Source: Eledone cirrhosa (Eukaryota). From it: 64,000 nucleotides of DNA. A program made the position numbers and the translations under genes. The DNA is taken from the NCBI GenBank assembly GCA_964016885.1, contig OZ024741.1:178746001-178810000 (forward strand), in the 5' to 3' direction. Positions 1 to 16,700 of the stretch are shown here, one piece after another. Within the stretch, counting starts at the first letter, position 1; each line of letters starts with the position of its first letter. The notes beneath the pieces are model-generated. The model had not been told where the DNA came from, searched no databases, and saw only the letters and a list, made by a program, of their open reading frames with translations.

Positions 1-712
1 GCATAGTTACGTCCCTTTACGATCTGAGTTCAAATCGCGCTGAGGTTGACTTTACCTTTCATCCTTACGGGGTCGATAAAACAAAGTACCAGTAATGTAC
101 TGTGTAATTGCTGGCCTTGTGCCTAAAGTAGAAACAATTATTAGTGAATTGGCAGTATCGGTAGAGGGTCAGACGCCATGCTTTCTAGCATAGTTATGTC
201 CCTTTATGATCTGAGTTCAAATCCCGCCGAGGTTAACTTTGCCTTTCATCCTTACGGGGGTCGATAAAATAAAGTACCAGTAATGTACTGGTAAATTGCT
301 GGCCTTGTGCCAAAAAGTAGAAACAATTATTAATAGTAAGCCTTATTGCGATGGATTTGAAAAATCCTTGTGTCGAGTAAAATGTCTCCATGGTATTTGT
401 TCTGGTTATTTACGGTGAGTTCAAATCCCACATAGTCAACTCTGCCTTTCATCGTTCCGAGTTCGATGAAATAAAACTCAAGTTAAGTACTGGGGTCGAT
501 ATAATCTATTTTCCCTCCCCCAAAATATTGTGGTGGATTCGAAGTATCGGTAGAGCGACGGATACCATGATTTTCGGCATAGAGTTACAACCCTTTACGT
601 TCTGAATTCAAATCCCGCCGAGGTTAGCTTTGCCTTTCATCCTTACGGATAAATAAAGCACCAGTAACCCAAATTGCTGGCCTTTTGCCTATAGTAGATA
701 TCATTATTACTA
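1..712 (+). mobile_element. Tandem cluster of ~4 tRNA-derived SINEs (Nin/Deu-type core; octopus SINE-like)
   Basis: A-box TGGCAGTATCGG, B-box GAGTTCAAATCC, core TTTGCCTTTCATCCTTACGGGGTCGATAAAATAAAGTACCAG, tail GCTGGCCTTGTGCC..AGTAGAAACAATTATT. Confidence 0.9.
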
Positions 713-1290
713 GTAGGTCCGCGCATAGCTGTAAATAGCCCCAGGGCAGATGTAAAATGTAACCCTATCACTATCACTAGCTGGTGATAGTCACATTCAA
801 AATATCGAATGTATACCCAGCTACCAGTCAGAAATAGATGTAAAAGTATCCCTATCGCCGCCGACAGTTGGTAGTAGGCACATGCAAGATCAAATTTAAC
901 CCCACTAGCCTTGTAATAGACGCAAGTTTGATTTAAAGCAAGAGCACCACCTTCCAGCTTGTAATAAGCCCAAGTCAGACGTAAAATGTAGGTCCCAAAA
1001 GCCAGTCATTTCCCAGGCTGGATTTAAAATATATCTCTTGCACTTACCCTAGCTGACATTAGGCTCCGGGCGAGATATAAAATGCAGACCCACAAAGCTG
1101 GCAACAGGCGCAGAACACATGCAAAATGTAGCACCACCACGCAAACTGGTAACCGACCCGAACAGACATAAACTGTAGGCCCTAAAAGTTGATAATAGGC
1201 CCTGGCCAGATTTAAAATATAGCACCACTTCATATGATTTATATATGGGTTACTGGTATATATACACATACAAGTAATATACATGAATCA

Positions 1291-1458
1291 CCGTATTTCC
1301 TGGCGTTGAAGACGCTACTTTTTTCCTAAAATAAGTCTCAAAAATCTACCATGCATCCTGGAAGCCGAAGGTTGTTTATTATTTTTTTTCAAATTTTTAG
1401 TTGTCAAAATTAGGGTACGTCCTCGACCACGAAGCGTCTTCGGCGCCGGGAGATATGG
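1291..1458. mobile_element. Tc1/mariner (pogo/Tc2-like) MITE
   Basis: ~25-bp imperfect TIRs ccgtatttcctggcgttgaagacgc / gcgtcttcggcgccgggagatatgg, with TA on the right flank. Confidence 0.65.
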
Positions 1459-1684
1459 TACTTGCTTGTAATAGAACAGAAGAAAAGAAGAAAAATTGAG
1501 GTGAATAAGCCGACACTCAAAATCATAGACCCATGGCAATTGGCACCCAGTTGACACATAACTTTCATCCACCTCTAATCTGCTCTGACTATTAAGTCCG
1601 TGATATGCGACCGGTACGTAAGTTTACATCGAACTCCGTCCGATCTACACGTATATCTTAAGAAAACATTACTTTAAAAACACT

Positions 1685-2180
1685 TACTATTGCTACTACT
1701 ACTACTATTACTACTATTACTACTACTACTACCACCACCACCAGCACTACTACTACTACCACCACAACCACTACTACTACCACCACAAGCACTACTACTA
1801 CCACCACAACCACTACTACCACCACCACCACTACTACTACCAACACCACCACCACTACTACCACCACCACCACAACTACTACTACCACCACCACTACTAC
1901 CACCACCACCACAACTACTACTACCACCACCACAACCACTACTACTACCACCACCACTACTACTACCAACACCACCACTACTACCACCACCACCACTACC
2001 ACTACTACTAACACAAACAACCACGACCACTATTACAACTACTACTACCAACACCACCACCACTACTATCACCACCAGCACTATTACTACTACCATCACC
2101 ACTACTACTACCATCACCACTACTACTACCACCCTCACAGCTACTACCACCACCACCACTACTACTACTACCACCACCAC

Positions 2181-2236
<56 letters not shown>

Positions 2237-2282
2237 CACCCCCACAGCTACTACCACCACCACTACCACCACCACTATCACC

Positions 2283-2332
<50 letters not shown>

Positions 2333-2344
2333 CACCACCACACA

Positions 2345-2376
<32 letters not shown>

Positions 2377-2442
2377 CACCACCACCACTACTACCACCCC
2401 CACAGCTACTACCACCACCACTACTACTACCACCACCACACA

Positions 2443-2477
<35 letters not shown>

Positions 2478-2486
2478 CACCACCAC

Positions 2487-2518
<32 letters not shown>

Positions 2519-2653
2519 CATCACCACTACTACTACCACCCTCACAGCTACTACCACCACCACTACTACCACCACCACCACTACTACTACTACTACCACC
2601 ACCACACTACTACTACTACCACCAGCACTACTACTACCACCACCACTATCACC

Positions 2654-2703
<50 letters not shown>

Positions 2704-2718
2704 GACCACCACCACACA

Positions 2719-2750
<32 letters not shown>

Positions 2751-2850
2751 CACCACCACTATTACTACCACCACCACCACCACCACCACCACTACTACCA
2801 CCACTACCACCACCACTACTACCACCACCACCACCACCACTACTACTACT
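1685..2850. repeat. Compound (CTA/CCA)n trinucleotide repeat
   Basis: Mosaic of cta, cca and aca triplets; produces poly-T/P/L/H/Y ORFs. Confidence 0.95.
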
Positions 2851-2989
2851 GCAACAACAGTATAATAATAAATGTTAGCAATTACATTTTTTTTATTAGC
2901 GAGGAAAGTAATACAAGTAGAAGACAATGTGTGACGTCATACAATGACTTAAATAAAAGTGAACAAGCATGTGTATTACTGTGATACGA

Positions 2990-3055
<66 letters not shown>

Positions 3056-3937
3056 CATATATATACATATGTAAATTCGTGTGTGCGTGTATATAAATAT
3101 ATATATATACATATGTAAATATAAAAACACATGTATATACATATGTAAATTCGCGTGTGTATAAACATATATATACATATATATATATATATGTTTATAC
3201 ACACACACACACATATATATATATATCTGTATATATCTGTGTGTGTGTATAAACATATATATACATATATATATACAAATATAAATATATATATACATAT
3301 CCAAATTTGTGTGTACATATATATACATGCATATATATATATATATACCTATGTGTGCCTATGTATGTATATAGAGATGCATATATGCATATATATATAT
3401 ATATGCATATATATATATATATATATACGTGTGTGTGTGTGTATAAACATATACATATATACATATGTAAATTCGTGTGTGTGTGTGGTATACAACAATA
3501 ATAAAGCAAGCTGTAATGATAATGCGTATATATAAATAGCTATAGCTCGAATACCTTCTATCTCTTTCATGAATGAAAACTTTATCAGGTTCTAATTCCT
3601 ACGCCTCCCCTTCCTCTAGGTGTCCACATAATGTTTAATACTTTTCTCTTATATCGTTGTTGTTCGGTAGATGTTGCGGTTGGTGTTTAATTCTTAGCGT
3701 TCACAATTCGCTTTTCTCCGGAGTTCGATATTCGGTTGACAATCTAAGATTTACTTCTATAAATTAACCGTGTCAAAACGATCTTAATTATTTTTTTTCG
3801 ATTTCCTCGTCTTTCTCTGAATCGGTTTTTCTGCGACTGTACTGGACTGTACTGTACTGTACTTTACAGCGACGAACTTAGCTCGTCAGTCGTCTGTCTG
3901 TCTATATATGCTTTGGAGCGTATAACTTTACATGTAT

Positions 3938-3968
<31 letters not shown>

Positions 3969-4160
3969 GATATATGCATATATATTTATATATTTATATA
4001 TATGAAAAATGGAGTGCTGCGTGGTTGCACATGGGTTACTGGGTTACATATGAATAAAATTATTCCATCATCAGTTATATATATATAAATAAATATATAT
4101 ATATATACATGTGCCGTTTGTTTTGTTATTTTTATTACTTTTATACACACACACACACAC

Positions 4161-4260
<100 letters not shown>

Positions 4261-4335
4261 ATAAAAGTAATAAAAATAACAAAACAAACGGCACATGGAA
4301 GAAGTATATTAGTTTAACGCTTATATGCATATATA

Positions 4336-4385
<50 letters not shown>

Positions 4386-4956
4386 TATATGTATAATACA
4401 TATATATATATACATATATATATGCATATATATATATGTGTGTGTGTATATATGAAAGTAATAAAAATAACAAAGAAGTATATTAGTTTAACGCTTATTA
4501 TATATATATAAATATGCGTGTGTATGTGTGTGTATGCGTGTGTATGTCTATATGTTTGTTTGCGTGTATTGGAGGGTATGTGTATATGTATGTATGTATG
4601 CATGTATGTATGTATGCAAGTATGTATGTAAGTATGTATGTATGTATGTATGTATGCATGTATGTATGTATGTATGTATGTATGTAAGTATGTATGTATG
4701 TATGTATGTATGCAAGTATGTATGTAAGTATGTAAGTATGTATGTATGTATGTAAGTATGCAAGTATGTATGTATGTATGTATGTATGTATGCATACGGT
4801 ACTGTAATATATACCGTACATGTAATGTGACCGTGTTTCGGTGTTCGTATAATGTGTTATTAATGAAAACAGTCAGGACCCCGACGGCTGAGCTCCGGCC
4901 GTTTCGACAGCTAGGTCCGAACTATGGTCCACCTGTTATTTTACTACACCTCTTTG

Positions 4957-4992
<36 letters not shown>

Positions 4993-5135
4993 AGGGTCAT
5001 ATAGTAATAATAATAAATGTGAAGACGAAAATCCGAAGAGAACTCGATAAGGTTAATATTTATAAAACCATAGAGCAAATATTTATTAAAATAAGGATGA
5101 AAGCGGCGATTCTTTGCTTAAACTTTAATCTGTTG

Positions 5136-5214
<79 letters not shown>

Positions 5215-5225
5215 AGAGAGGGGGG

Positions 5226-5281
<56 letters not shown>

Positions 5282-5437
5282 TATGTTTGCCTCAGTACTG
5301 TAGTGTAGTATATATCGATTGTTAAATATTATGAATGACTTTGTCGGTTACCGTTTATGTATAATGTTTCTTAGTGTATCTATTAATGCGTATATGTATG
5401 TATTATGTATGAGTATAATATAGTGTATAACAGTGTG

Positions 5438-5484
<47 letters not shown>

Positions 5485-5773
5485 GGATGTTACATTGTCA
5501 GCTTCTAGTGTGTATCGGTGTATGTATGCTTTTGTATAATAGAGTATATTATAGCATGCCGATGCATGTATATGTTTATGCATGTATGTATGTAGGTGTC
5601 AACGTTTGTAGGTACCGGTGTATCCAGATATGTGTAAATTAAATTTAGTGTAGCATATCGAATTTGGAATATTTGGAATTTTCTATCGAATATATATATA
5701 TATATATATATATTCGATAGAAAATGCCAAATACAGCATAAGGTGAAAAATAAATGACACACACACACACACG

Positions 5774-5840
<67 letters not shown>

Positions 5841-6139
5841 ATTTAAATGCAGAGGGTGTATGCATGTAAGTAAATGCTTATGTATAAACAATAACAAGCG
5901 CCTGATAACAAGAACTGTTGTTGGTTTTGATCGTTATTATTGGTAGCACGCTGCTAGATTTTAATTTTTTTTTTTTTGTTGTTGTCTATTTTTTTAGCGG
6001 CACTGAGAGAGTTTACAAAATGCAACAACAAGCGCGACAGCAACATTTTCTGAAACTAAAACTATGTTATGTGCAGGCTCTCTTTCACTCACTTATATTC
6101 TCACTCTTTCACTCACAGACTTTATCTCTGTCTCTCTCT

Positions 6140-6215
<76 letters not shown>

Positions 6216-6706
6216 CTCTCTGTGCAGCAGAAATATTTGACGTCACAACTTTGGTGGCAGCAGGCAGCGTGTGACTGACTGGCAGGATTCCAGCAGGGAC
6301 ATTCAAACAGTGAGTGTTCCTCCTAGCAGAACAGACATTATTTACAAGAACAACAAGAACAAACAAACTAACAAACAAACAACAAACAAAACAAAACAAA
6401 ACAAAACAAAAAAAAACAATAATATTAATAAGAACAATGATGAGGATGATGGTTGTGCTAATGATGATAATGTTAATAATAAAAAGAAAATAAGTTAGGA
6501 AAGAAAATGTTTATGTGAAATAAGAAAACATTTATCATACGTCAATATTTTAAAGATTTTCAAATGAAAATGTAATCTGTTCTTGTCAACTTGACACATG
6601 CTGCTAAAAGGTTCAATCATTATATAATTAATTTTATCATATATATATATGATAAAATAACGCAACACAATTCCATATAACATAATATAATACAATATAT
6701 ATACAG

Positions 6707-6758
<52 letters not shown>

Positions 6759-7312
6759 TTATTTATTAAAATAAGAGATTAAAGTTTAAGCAAAGAATCG
6801 CTGCTTTCACCCTTAACGGTTTTGCACGTACACATCCACTTATACATAGATACATGTAAACTACATATATACATACATACACACACACACACACACATAA
6901 TTCTATATATATGTATATATATATAATTATATAGATGAAACGCTACTTCGCTTTCGATTTTGACGCAGGTTTGCTTTTCTTTTATTTATTTTTGGTGTTA
7001 TATTTTTTCGTTTGCTTTCCATCATTAAAATATTTATCACACTTCAAACTTCTCGCAGCAAGAGGATGTTGAATAATAACAACAATAAAAATAATACGAA
7101 TAATAATATCAACACCACTACTATTACTACTATTACTACTACTAATAATAATAATAATGATTTCTAATGATAACAATATTTATTAATACACTTATCATAG
7201 TTTTCGTTACTATTAGTTATCGATGTCTCAATAAAGAACCTGAGCAAAAATGTTTGATAATATAACATAGTGAAAAAAAACAAAACATCTGACCATATTT
7301 GACATACTGTAA

Positions 7313-7397
<85 letters not shown>

Positions 7398-7531
7398 CGT
7401 GGATCTGTAGTGACTGGGAACAAGGCTTTAAAACTCTGAAATTTACATTCCACATTTATATACAACACGACAGGTAAGTTTTTGATGTTTATCACCCTAT
7501 CACCCATTTTACTTATATATTACCTTATTAA

Positions 7532-7573
<42 letters not shown>

Positions 7574-7802
7574 CATTGTTGTTGTTGTTGTTATCATCAT
7601 TATCATTATTAATCCCTAGAAATTAACTTCGTCTATCTGTTTTTACTTAGTTCTCGTTTTCGTTGTTTAATTACATATATTCTCAATTAGTACTTGTATA
7701 AATATTTTATATGCATATATACACACATACATACATATATATATATATATGCATATATATATATATATATATATGCATACATATATATATTTTCAAATAC
7801 AT

Positions 7803-7849
<47 letters not shown>

Positions 7850-7896
7850 TATATATATTTATATGCATATATATATTTACAAATACATATATATAT

Positions 7897-7967
<71 letters not shown>

Positions 7968-7976
7968 TATATATAA

Positions 7977-8053
<77 letters not shown>

Positions 8054-8080
8054 TATATATACACATATATATATATATAA

Positions 8081-8111
<31 letters not shown>

Positions 8112-8222
8112 CTTTACTTTGAGAGGGCCATGCTGCCAATATATATTAACATTAAATGAGAAAAATCTCTAATTCTGGGAGTACAAACAAGATAGACAAA
8201 AAAGGTATTCTATCTCACCTCT

Positions 8223-8264
<42 letters not shown>

Positions 8265-8861
8265 TTTGGAGGGTCATGCTGCCTATAAAGCATACACATC
8301 AGCTGAGTTTCACTTCGATTTTATCATAAGTCTGGCAACAAATCCCTTCCGGATGGGTTTTTTTTCAATTGTTTCAACACATTATTTCACACAAAGAACC
8401 TTACAAAACAAATACAAAAACGAACGATACATATGTGTGTGTTTGTGTGTGTGTGTGTGAGAAAGAGAGAAAGTGTGTTTGTGTGTGTGTATGTACTTAT
8501 TAAATACGTACTGTATGTGCATGTAGCATGCGTGTGTGTGTGTGTGCATATTTCATTCTAACTTTCTTTGATTTCAGTGAATAATATTATAAACTGATCA
8601 TAAGTAATATTAGGGTCGAAAAGTATGATAAAATATATTATCGGTGTTATATTTTCATTATCATTACTTTTTATTTATTTATTGTAATTATCTTATAATA
8701 AATCCATTTCAACAATTATTATTTTATTTTTTATTTTCCTTTTATCTACTCGGCATTTCGTTGTTTTTTTGCCGGTATTTGGTTTGCTAAATCAAGCTAT
8801 TTCCCGCAGTCTTCGGCACCTGGCACCTTTTAATAGTTTATTATTGTAATTATTACGGCCC

Positions 8862-9420
8862 TTTCCGGTCTGAGTTCAAATCACGCCGAGGTTAACTTTG
8901 CCTTTTAGCCATACGGGGTCGATAAAATAAAGCACCAGTAATGCACTGGGGTAATTTCTGGCCTTGTGCCAAAAATAGAAACAATTGTTATTATTATTCA
9001 GCATCGGTAGAGCGTCGGGTAATATGCTTCATGACATAGAGTTACACCCCTTTACGTCCTGAGTTCAAATCACGCCGAGGTTAGCTTTGCCTTTCTTCCT
9101 TATGGGTTCGATAAAATAAAGTACCAATAACGCGCTGGGGTCGATTTAATCGACTATCCCCTCCCCCACCAAAAATAATTGTTAGCTTTGTGCCTAAATC
9201 AGAAACAATTATTCAGCATCGGTAGAGCGTCAGACAACGTTTCGCGGCATAGAGTTACGGCCCTTTATGTTCTGAGTTCAAATCCCGCCGAGTTTAGCTT
9301 TGCCTTTTATCCTTACAGAGTCGATGAAATAAAGTACCAGTCACGCACTGGGGTTGATTTAATCGACTTTCCTCATCCCCCAAAATTGCTGGCGTTGAGC
9401 CTAAATCAGAAACAATTATT
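8862..9420 (+). mobile_element. Three head-to-tail copies of the same SINE (a further partial copy at 9737-9895)
   Basis: Same A/B boxes, core and ATT tail. Confidence 0.9.
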
Positions 9421-9430
9421 TTTATTATTA

Positions 9431-9722
9431 TCGCCCTGTAACGCAGTGCAGATGGATAATGCACCGGGGTATTTAATCATCTGTCAAGTCACAACAAGGA
9501 CCTCAGACAGATAATACTTTCTGCGTGTGCGCAGTTCCTAGCAATGACATAACCTGTATGGTATTCCCAGTCGCCTTAAGAAGTCTTGAAGTTTCGACGG
9601 GATTGAACCTAATGCCCCGATCACAACTGTTATCACTTTCACATTACCCTCTTGCATTCCAAATTGTCTTGCCAGCTCCACTTTCAATTCAGAGTAGTCT
9701 TTACTCACAATATTCGTGTCTT
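9431..9722 (-). mobile_element. 3' fragment of the R4/Dong-like LINE family
   Basis: Similar to 59660-59930 (catctgtcaagtcacaacaagga; cccgatcacaa..tatcactttcacatta) and flanked by (TTA)n on both sides. Confidence 0.75.
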
Positions 9723-10930
9723 TTATTATTATTATTGTTCAAATCCCGCCGAGGTTAGCTTTGCCTTTCATCCTTACGGGGTCGATAAAATAAAGTACCA
9801 GTGACGCACTGCGGGGGGGGGGGGGGGTCGATTTAATCGACTTTCCCCTCCCTCAAAATTACTGCCCTTGTGCTTATACTAGAAATCATCATTATTGTTG
9901 TTGTTGCTGTCGTTGTTATAATTTAACTTATTTAATCTTAAATAGTGTCCAAGGAGGATTGAAATTTCCCTAATAGACCCCCCCCCCCTCCCCGACTTAA
10001 TAACAGATTCCTATAACATCTCAAACATATATTAACAGCTAAAAATTGTTTTCGGTATTTAGTTTATTAAGATCTTATGTTATCCCATGGAATCTGCAAT
10101 AATTCTAAAGTTTTCTTTCTCTATTGCTTGTGATATTATATATAGATTATATTTGATATCGGTCCTAGGATGATAAATTATGATACTAAAAGTTATAAAA
10201 CTAAAGTATTGTATCTCTATTATTGATTTAATTCGGTTGATAATGTGGTTCAAGAGTTAAATATGTCTGCAGGTCCCTTTAGTAAGGCGGTTTCGAATCC
10301 TCTCTCATGACATTGACGTTTTTTAAGAGAGCACGGCAGTTATACGGTCACATCTCCGTCTCAATATACACGCTGGATCCTGAGTTTAATTAAGAAATCT
10401 AATTAATTTCAGTAAAAAGGCAATCGTTAAAGTGTACGACACTGCTGTTATAGCTATGATTGTTATTGCTTATTCTGTTTAGCCACTGTGCAGCTGTCAT
10501 CAAGCACACATATAATAAAATATCTTCCTTCTGTCTTTTATTGAGGCATAATCTATTTAAGAATAATATTATACAATGTATTCTTTCTTCGTTTTAAGAC
10601 AGTGGGATATAATTAGATGGAGATTTGGTTGCTGTTACTAGTAAAATATTTTCTTACTGTGACTATACCGTCTTTTAGACAGACAACTAGAAAAAGATTT
10701 TGTAACTGTTACTAACAGGTCTAGTAACCACACAGAGGCTACATTATTGACTCGTTGTCTAATAAAAGACGAGTTTGGAATCTGCTTTCGATTTCTAATT
10801 GTAACCAGGTAACTTTACTTACAACTCTAAAGCTAGAGGAAAACATTAATATCATATCACAGTTCCTCTTAATAAATCCTAATATTCATGTTATATAAAA
10901 CAATATTATTATTATTATTGGACTAACACT

Positions 10931-11108
10931 ATCGGTAGAGCGTCAGACAAAATGCTTTGCAACATAGATATATGGCCCTTTACTCCCTGAGTTCAAATCC
11001 CACCGAGGTTAACTTTACCTTTCATCACTACGGGGTCGATAAAATAAAGCACCAGTAATGCATTGGAGTAAATGCTGGCCTTGTGCCAAAAGTAGAAACA
11101 ATTATTAT
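10931..11108 (+). mobile_element. SINE copy
   Basis: Same consensus. Confidence 0.88.
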
Positions 11109-11114
11109 TACCAT

Positions 11115-11523
11115 TATTGAAAGGAATGTGAGGGTGGAGAGGGAAGTACTGCCCCCCCCCCCTCCCCCCAGTACATTTGTGAAAGTTGGGGGGGGGGGGT
11201 GATTGTGCGAGGATGGCCCGTGTGAATTGACTATGCGCCTGTAGGCGAGAAAAGATTAAAGTAGAGAGAGGCACCTTCCTAAGGTGCTCATGGAGATGAA
11301 GGTGGGTTAGGATTTGGGATTTTCTTAACGGCACCTCAGGGAGATATCTCCCCCTATAGGGTAATTATGTTGTTTTTATTGAATTGTTAATTGTTATTGT
11401 TGCATTGTTTTTTAAACGAATTTATGTAAACCCCACCCACTCCTCACATCCCACTGTCCTCAGTTTTGCATTGTCCCCTACATGAAGACCCTTGTGGCCA
11501 ACTTGTGGAAAATAATAAAGAAA
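11115..11523 (+). mobile_element. Tx1/L1-like LINE 3' end (same family as 54470-54932)
   Basis: gtgagggtggagagggaagtactg...gcgaggatggcccgtgtgaa; terminal cccttgtggcca...aataaagaa. Confidence 0.6.
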
Positions 11524-11602
11524 TGATTGTTACTATTATCATTATTGCTGTTGCAATTTAAATTACGTTTAAGTAGTCTTCGCCGTTCGTTCGATGTGTG
11601 TG

Positions 11603-11720
11603 TATGTATGCACGTTTGTATGTATGCACGTTTGTATGTATGCACGTTTGTATGTATGCACGTTTGTATGTATGCACGTTTGTATGTATGCACGTTTGTA
11701 TGTATGCACGTTTGTATGTA
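11603..11720. repeat. 16-bp tandem repeat (tatgtatgcacgtttg)n, ~7 copies
   Basis: Direct reading. Confidence 0.9.
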
Positions 11721-11793
11721 TGTGTATGTGTGTGTGTGTGGTCACTCATGTATCATCCTATAGCCGGACACTTGTGAAAATTATCTTTTCGGA

Positions 11794-12405
11794 TGGTGGA
11801 TTGGCAGTATCGGTAGAGGGTCGGACGCCATGCTTTGCAGTTATGGCCCTTTACGGTCTGAATTCAAATCCCGCGGAGGTTAACTTTGCATTTCATCCTT
11901 ACGAGGTCGATAAAATAAAGCATCTGTAATGTACTGGGGTCGATTTAATCGACCCCCCCCCCCCCCCCCAAAAAAAAATTGCTGGCCTTGTGCCTATAAA
12001 AAGAAATCATTATTAATATTATCATTCATCCTTACGAGGTCGATAAAATAAAGTACCAGTAATGTACTGAGTAATTGCTGGCCTTGTGCCGAAAGTAGAA
12101 ACAATTATTAATATTATCATTGAAGGACTGTCCTGAGGCCAAGTAACACACTTCACTTAGCAACCGATTGCTAGTGAAACATTACCAAAGGAAAAGAAAA
12201 ACACTATTATTATTGGTGGATTGGCAGTATCGGTAGAGAGTCGGACACCATGCTTTGCAGCATAGAGTTACAGTCCTTTATCGTCTGAGTTCAAATCCCG
12301 CCGAGGTTAACTTTGCCTTTTATCCTTACGGGGTCGATAAAATAAAGTACCAGTAATGCACTGGGTTATTGCTAGCCTTGGGCCAAAAGTAGAAACAATT
12401 ATTAT
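11794..12405 (+). mobile_element. SINE cluster (two full copies, one partial)
   Basis: ggtggattggcagtatcggtagag heads at ~11794 and ~12215. Confidence 0.9.
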
Positions 12406-13239
12406 ATTGAGTTCAGATCTTGCCAAGGTGAATTTTATAATATATGAAAGAGGGGTATGAGCTAACCAAATAAAATACCAGTTATATACTGAGGTCGGTA
12501 TAATCAAATATACACATCAACAACCCCCACTCCATCCACCTCTGTTCCATTGATAGAAATAATCATTATTGTTTATCATTCAGCGTGTTGGATGACAAAA
12601 TTAGTAAAGCAGTAGAGAATTTGTCTTCAGATATATAGCTATGCCTTAGTTACATTGTGAGTTCTAATCACGTCTAGGACAGCTTTGTATTTCAATCTTC
12701 TATAGGCCGAATTAATAAAGTACATGTCAAATACTGTTGTTGCTGATATAATCAACTATTACATACACTTCCCCCTACACTTCAAACGAATCTGTGGCCT
12801 GTACTTCATTGTGTTTATTACTGACAGAATCAGAATCTTTAGCGCTGGGCATAATGATTTGCAGTATTTGCTTATGGCTGTTTAAAATGGCGTGTTTAAA
12901 CTTCACCTAGGTCATTGCTGTCTGTCATCCTTTCGTGGTCGAGAAAATACCAGTCATATGCTGAACGTTATATAATCAACTTTCTCCTTCCCCCAGACAT
13001 GCTAATATTGTGCCAAATTAGAAACCAATTGTTATTATCGTTTTCAATATCAGCTCCCTCCTCTTTCACCATCTCTTCCTTCTTATTATGGTCGTCATCA
13101 ACAAGTTAGAAAGCTTTAAAGCATTTTCAAGTAAACAAATCAAAGCCATTTTTGGTGAAAAACAATATTTTATTTCAATATCTACTGTATATCAGGATGC
13201 ATATCTGTCTGTGCTACAGTGTGTTCAAGCATATGTATA

Positions 13240-13240
13240 T

Positions 13241-13284
<44 letters not shown>

Positions 13285-13927
13285 GTATATACACACACAT
13301 ATATATATATGTATAATATGTATATATAAACATATGTATATATTTGTATATATATATATTTTATGTATGAATATGTATATATATATATGTATATATATGT
13401 ATATATATATATGTATATATATATGTATATATATATATGTAAATATATATGTATATATATATATATGTATATATATATATGTGTATATATATATGTATGT
13501 ATATGTATATATGTATATATGTATATATATATAATATGTATATGTATATATATATATATGTATATGTATATATGTATATATATGTGTATATGTATATGTA
13601 TATATATATAAGTATATATATATATATATGTATATGTATATATGTATATATATATATATGTATATGTATATATATAAATAATATGTATATATGTATATAT
13701 ATATATATATGTATATGTATATATATATAAATAATATGTATATGTATATATATATATGTATATATGTGTATATATATAATATGTATATGTATATATATAT
13801 TTTAATATGCATGTATATATATATATAATATGCATGTATATATATATGTAATATGTATGTATATATATATATAATATGTATATATATATATAATATGTAT
13901 ATGTATATATATAATATGTATATGTAT

Positions 13928-13960
<33 letters not shown>

Positions 13961-14343
13961 ATATGTATATATATATATGTGTATATATATGTATATATAT
14001 ATATAAAATGTATATATAATATGTATATGTATATATATATATATACATATATAATATGTATATATATATATATAATATGTATATATATATATGTGTATAT
14101 ATATATAATATGTATATATATATATATATATATAATATGTATATATATATGTATATATATATATATAATATGTATATATGTATATATATATAATATGTAT
14201 ATATATATGTATATATATATATAATATGTATATATATATATATATGATATATATAATATGTATATATATATATATATATATAATATGTATATATATATAT
14301 ATATATAATATGTATATATATATATACATATATGATATATATA

Positions 14344-14409
<66 letters not shown>

Positions 14410-14644
14410 ATATGATATATATATATATATATATAGTATGTATATATATATATGTATATATATATATATAATATATATATATATAATATGTATATATATA
14501 TATATATATAATAATATATATATAATATGTATATATATATATATATAATATGTATATATATATATAATATGAATATATATATATAATATATTATATATGT
14601 ATATATATATATATAATATATATATATATATATTATGTATATAT

Positions 14645-14679
<35 letters not shown>

Positions 14680-14741
14680 TATGTATATATATATACGTAT
14701 ATGTATATATATATATAATATGTATACATATACATATATAT

Positions 14742-14779
<38 letters not shown>

Positions 14780-14870
14780 ATATTTATACATATACATATA
14801 TATGTATATATATATATATAATATGTATACATATACATATATATTATATATATATATATATGTATATATT
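13240..14870. repeat. Large degenerate (TA)n/(TATG) microsatellite field
   Basis: Direct reading; contains a recurring taatatg(ta)n higher-order unit. Confidence 0.95.
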
Positions 14871-15132
14871 ATTTTTCAAATACAAGTCGATGTTGAACGG
14901 TATGTCAAATCTATTTATCTATAAAACTGTATATATTGTATTTTGTCTGAAGAAGGCATAACATATTGTTAATATGATATCCCTGATATATATATAATGA
15001 AATAAATATGTTTTATAAATATAGTTTCCATTTATTTAATATCGTAAATATGCTCCAAATACTTGTTGAGTGCTTTATATCAGTTATAAATATTTACTAG
15101 TTGTAACCCAACAATTTAAATATAACTTTCCA

Positions 15133-15202
<70 letters not shown>

Positions 15203-15232
15203 ATATCTATATATATATATATATAGATATAG

Positions 15233-15302
<70 letters not shown>

Positions 15303-15538
15303 GTATATATATATGTATGTATATATATATATATGTATATATATGTATATATATATGTATGTATATATATATATATATGTATGTATATATATATATATAT
15401 GTATGTATATATATATATATGTATGTATATATATATATATGTATGTATATATATATATATGTATGTATAATATATATATGTATGTATGTATATATATATA
15501 TGTATGTATATATATATATGTATGTATATATATATATG

Positions 15539-15611
<73 letters not shown>

Positions 15612-15667
15612 TATATATATATACATAATATATATAATATATATATATATGTGTGTGTGTGTGCGTA

Positions 15668-16700
<1,033 letters not shown>

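Noticed and set aside
1658-2927. Long ORFs (391 aa etc.) resembling mucin or extensin
   Set aside because: Pure trinucleotide repeat open in several frames on both strands, with no unique domain or splice context.
11794-11880. tRNA gene (A and B boxes)
   Set aside because: It is a SINE head followed by the SINE core and tail, with no complete cloverleaf.
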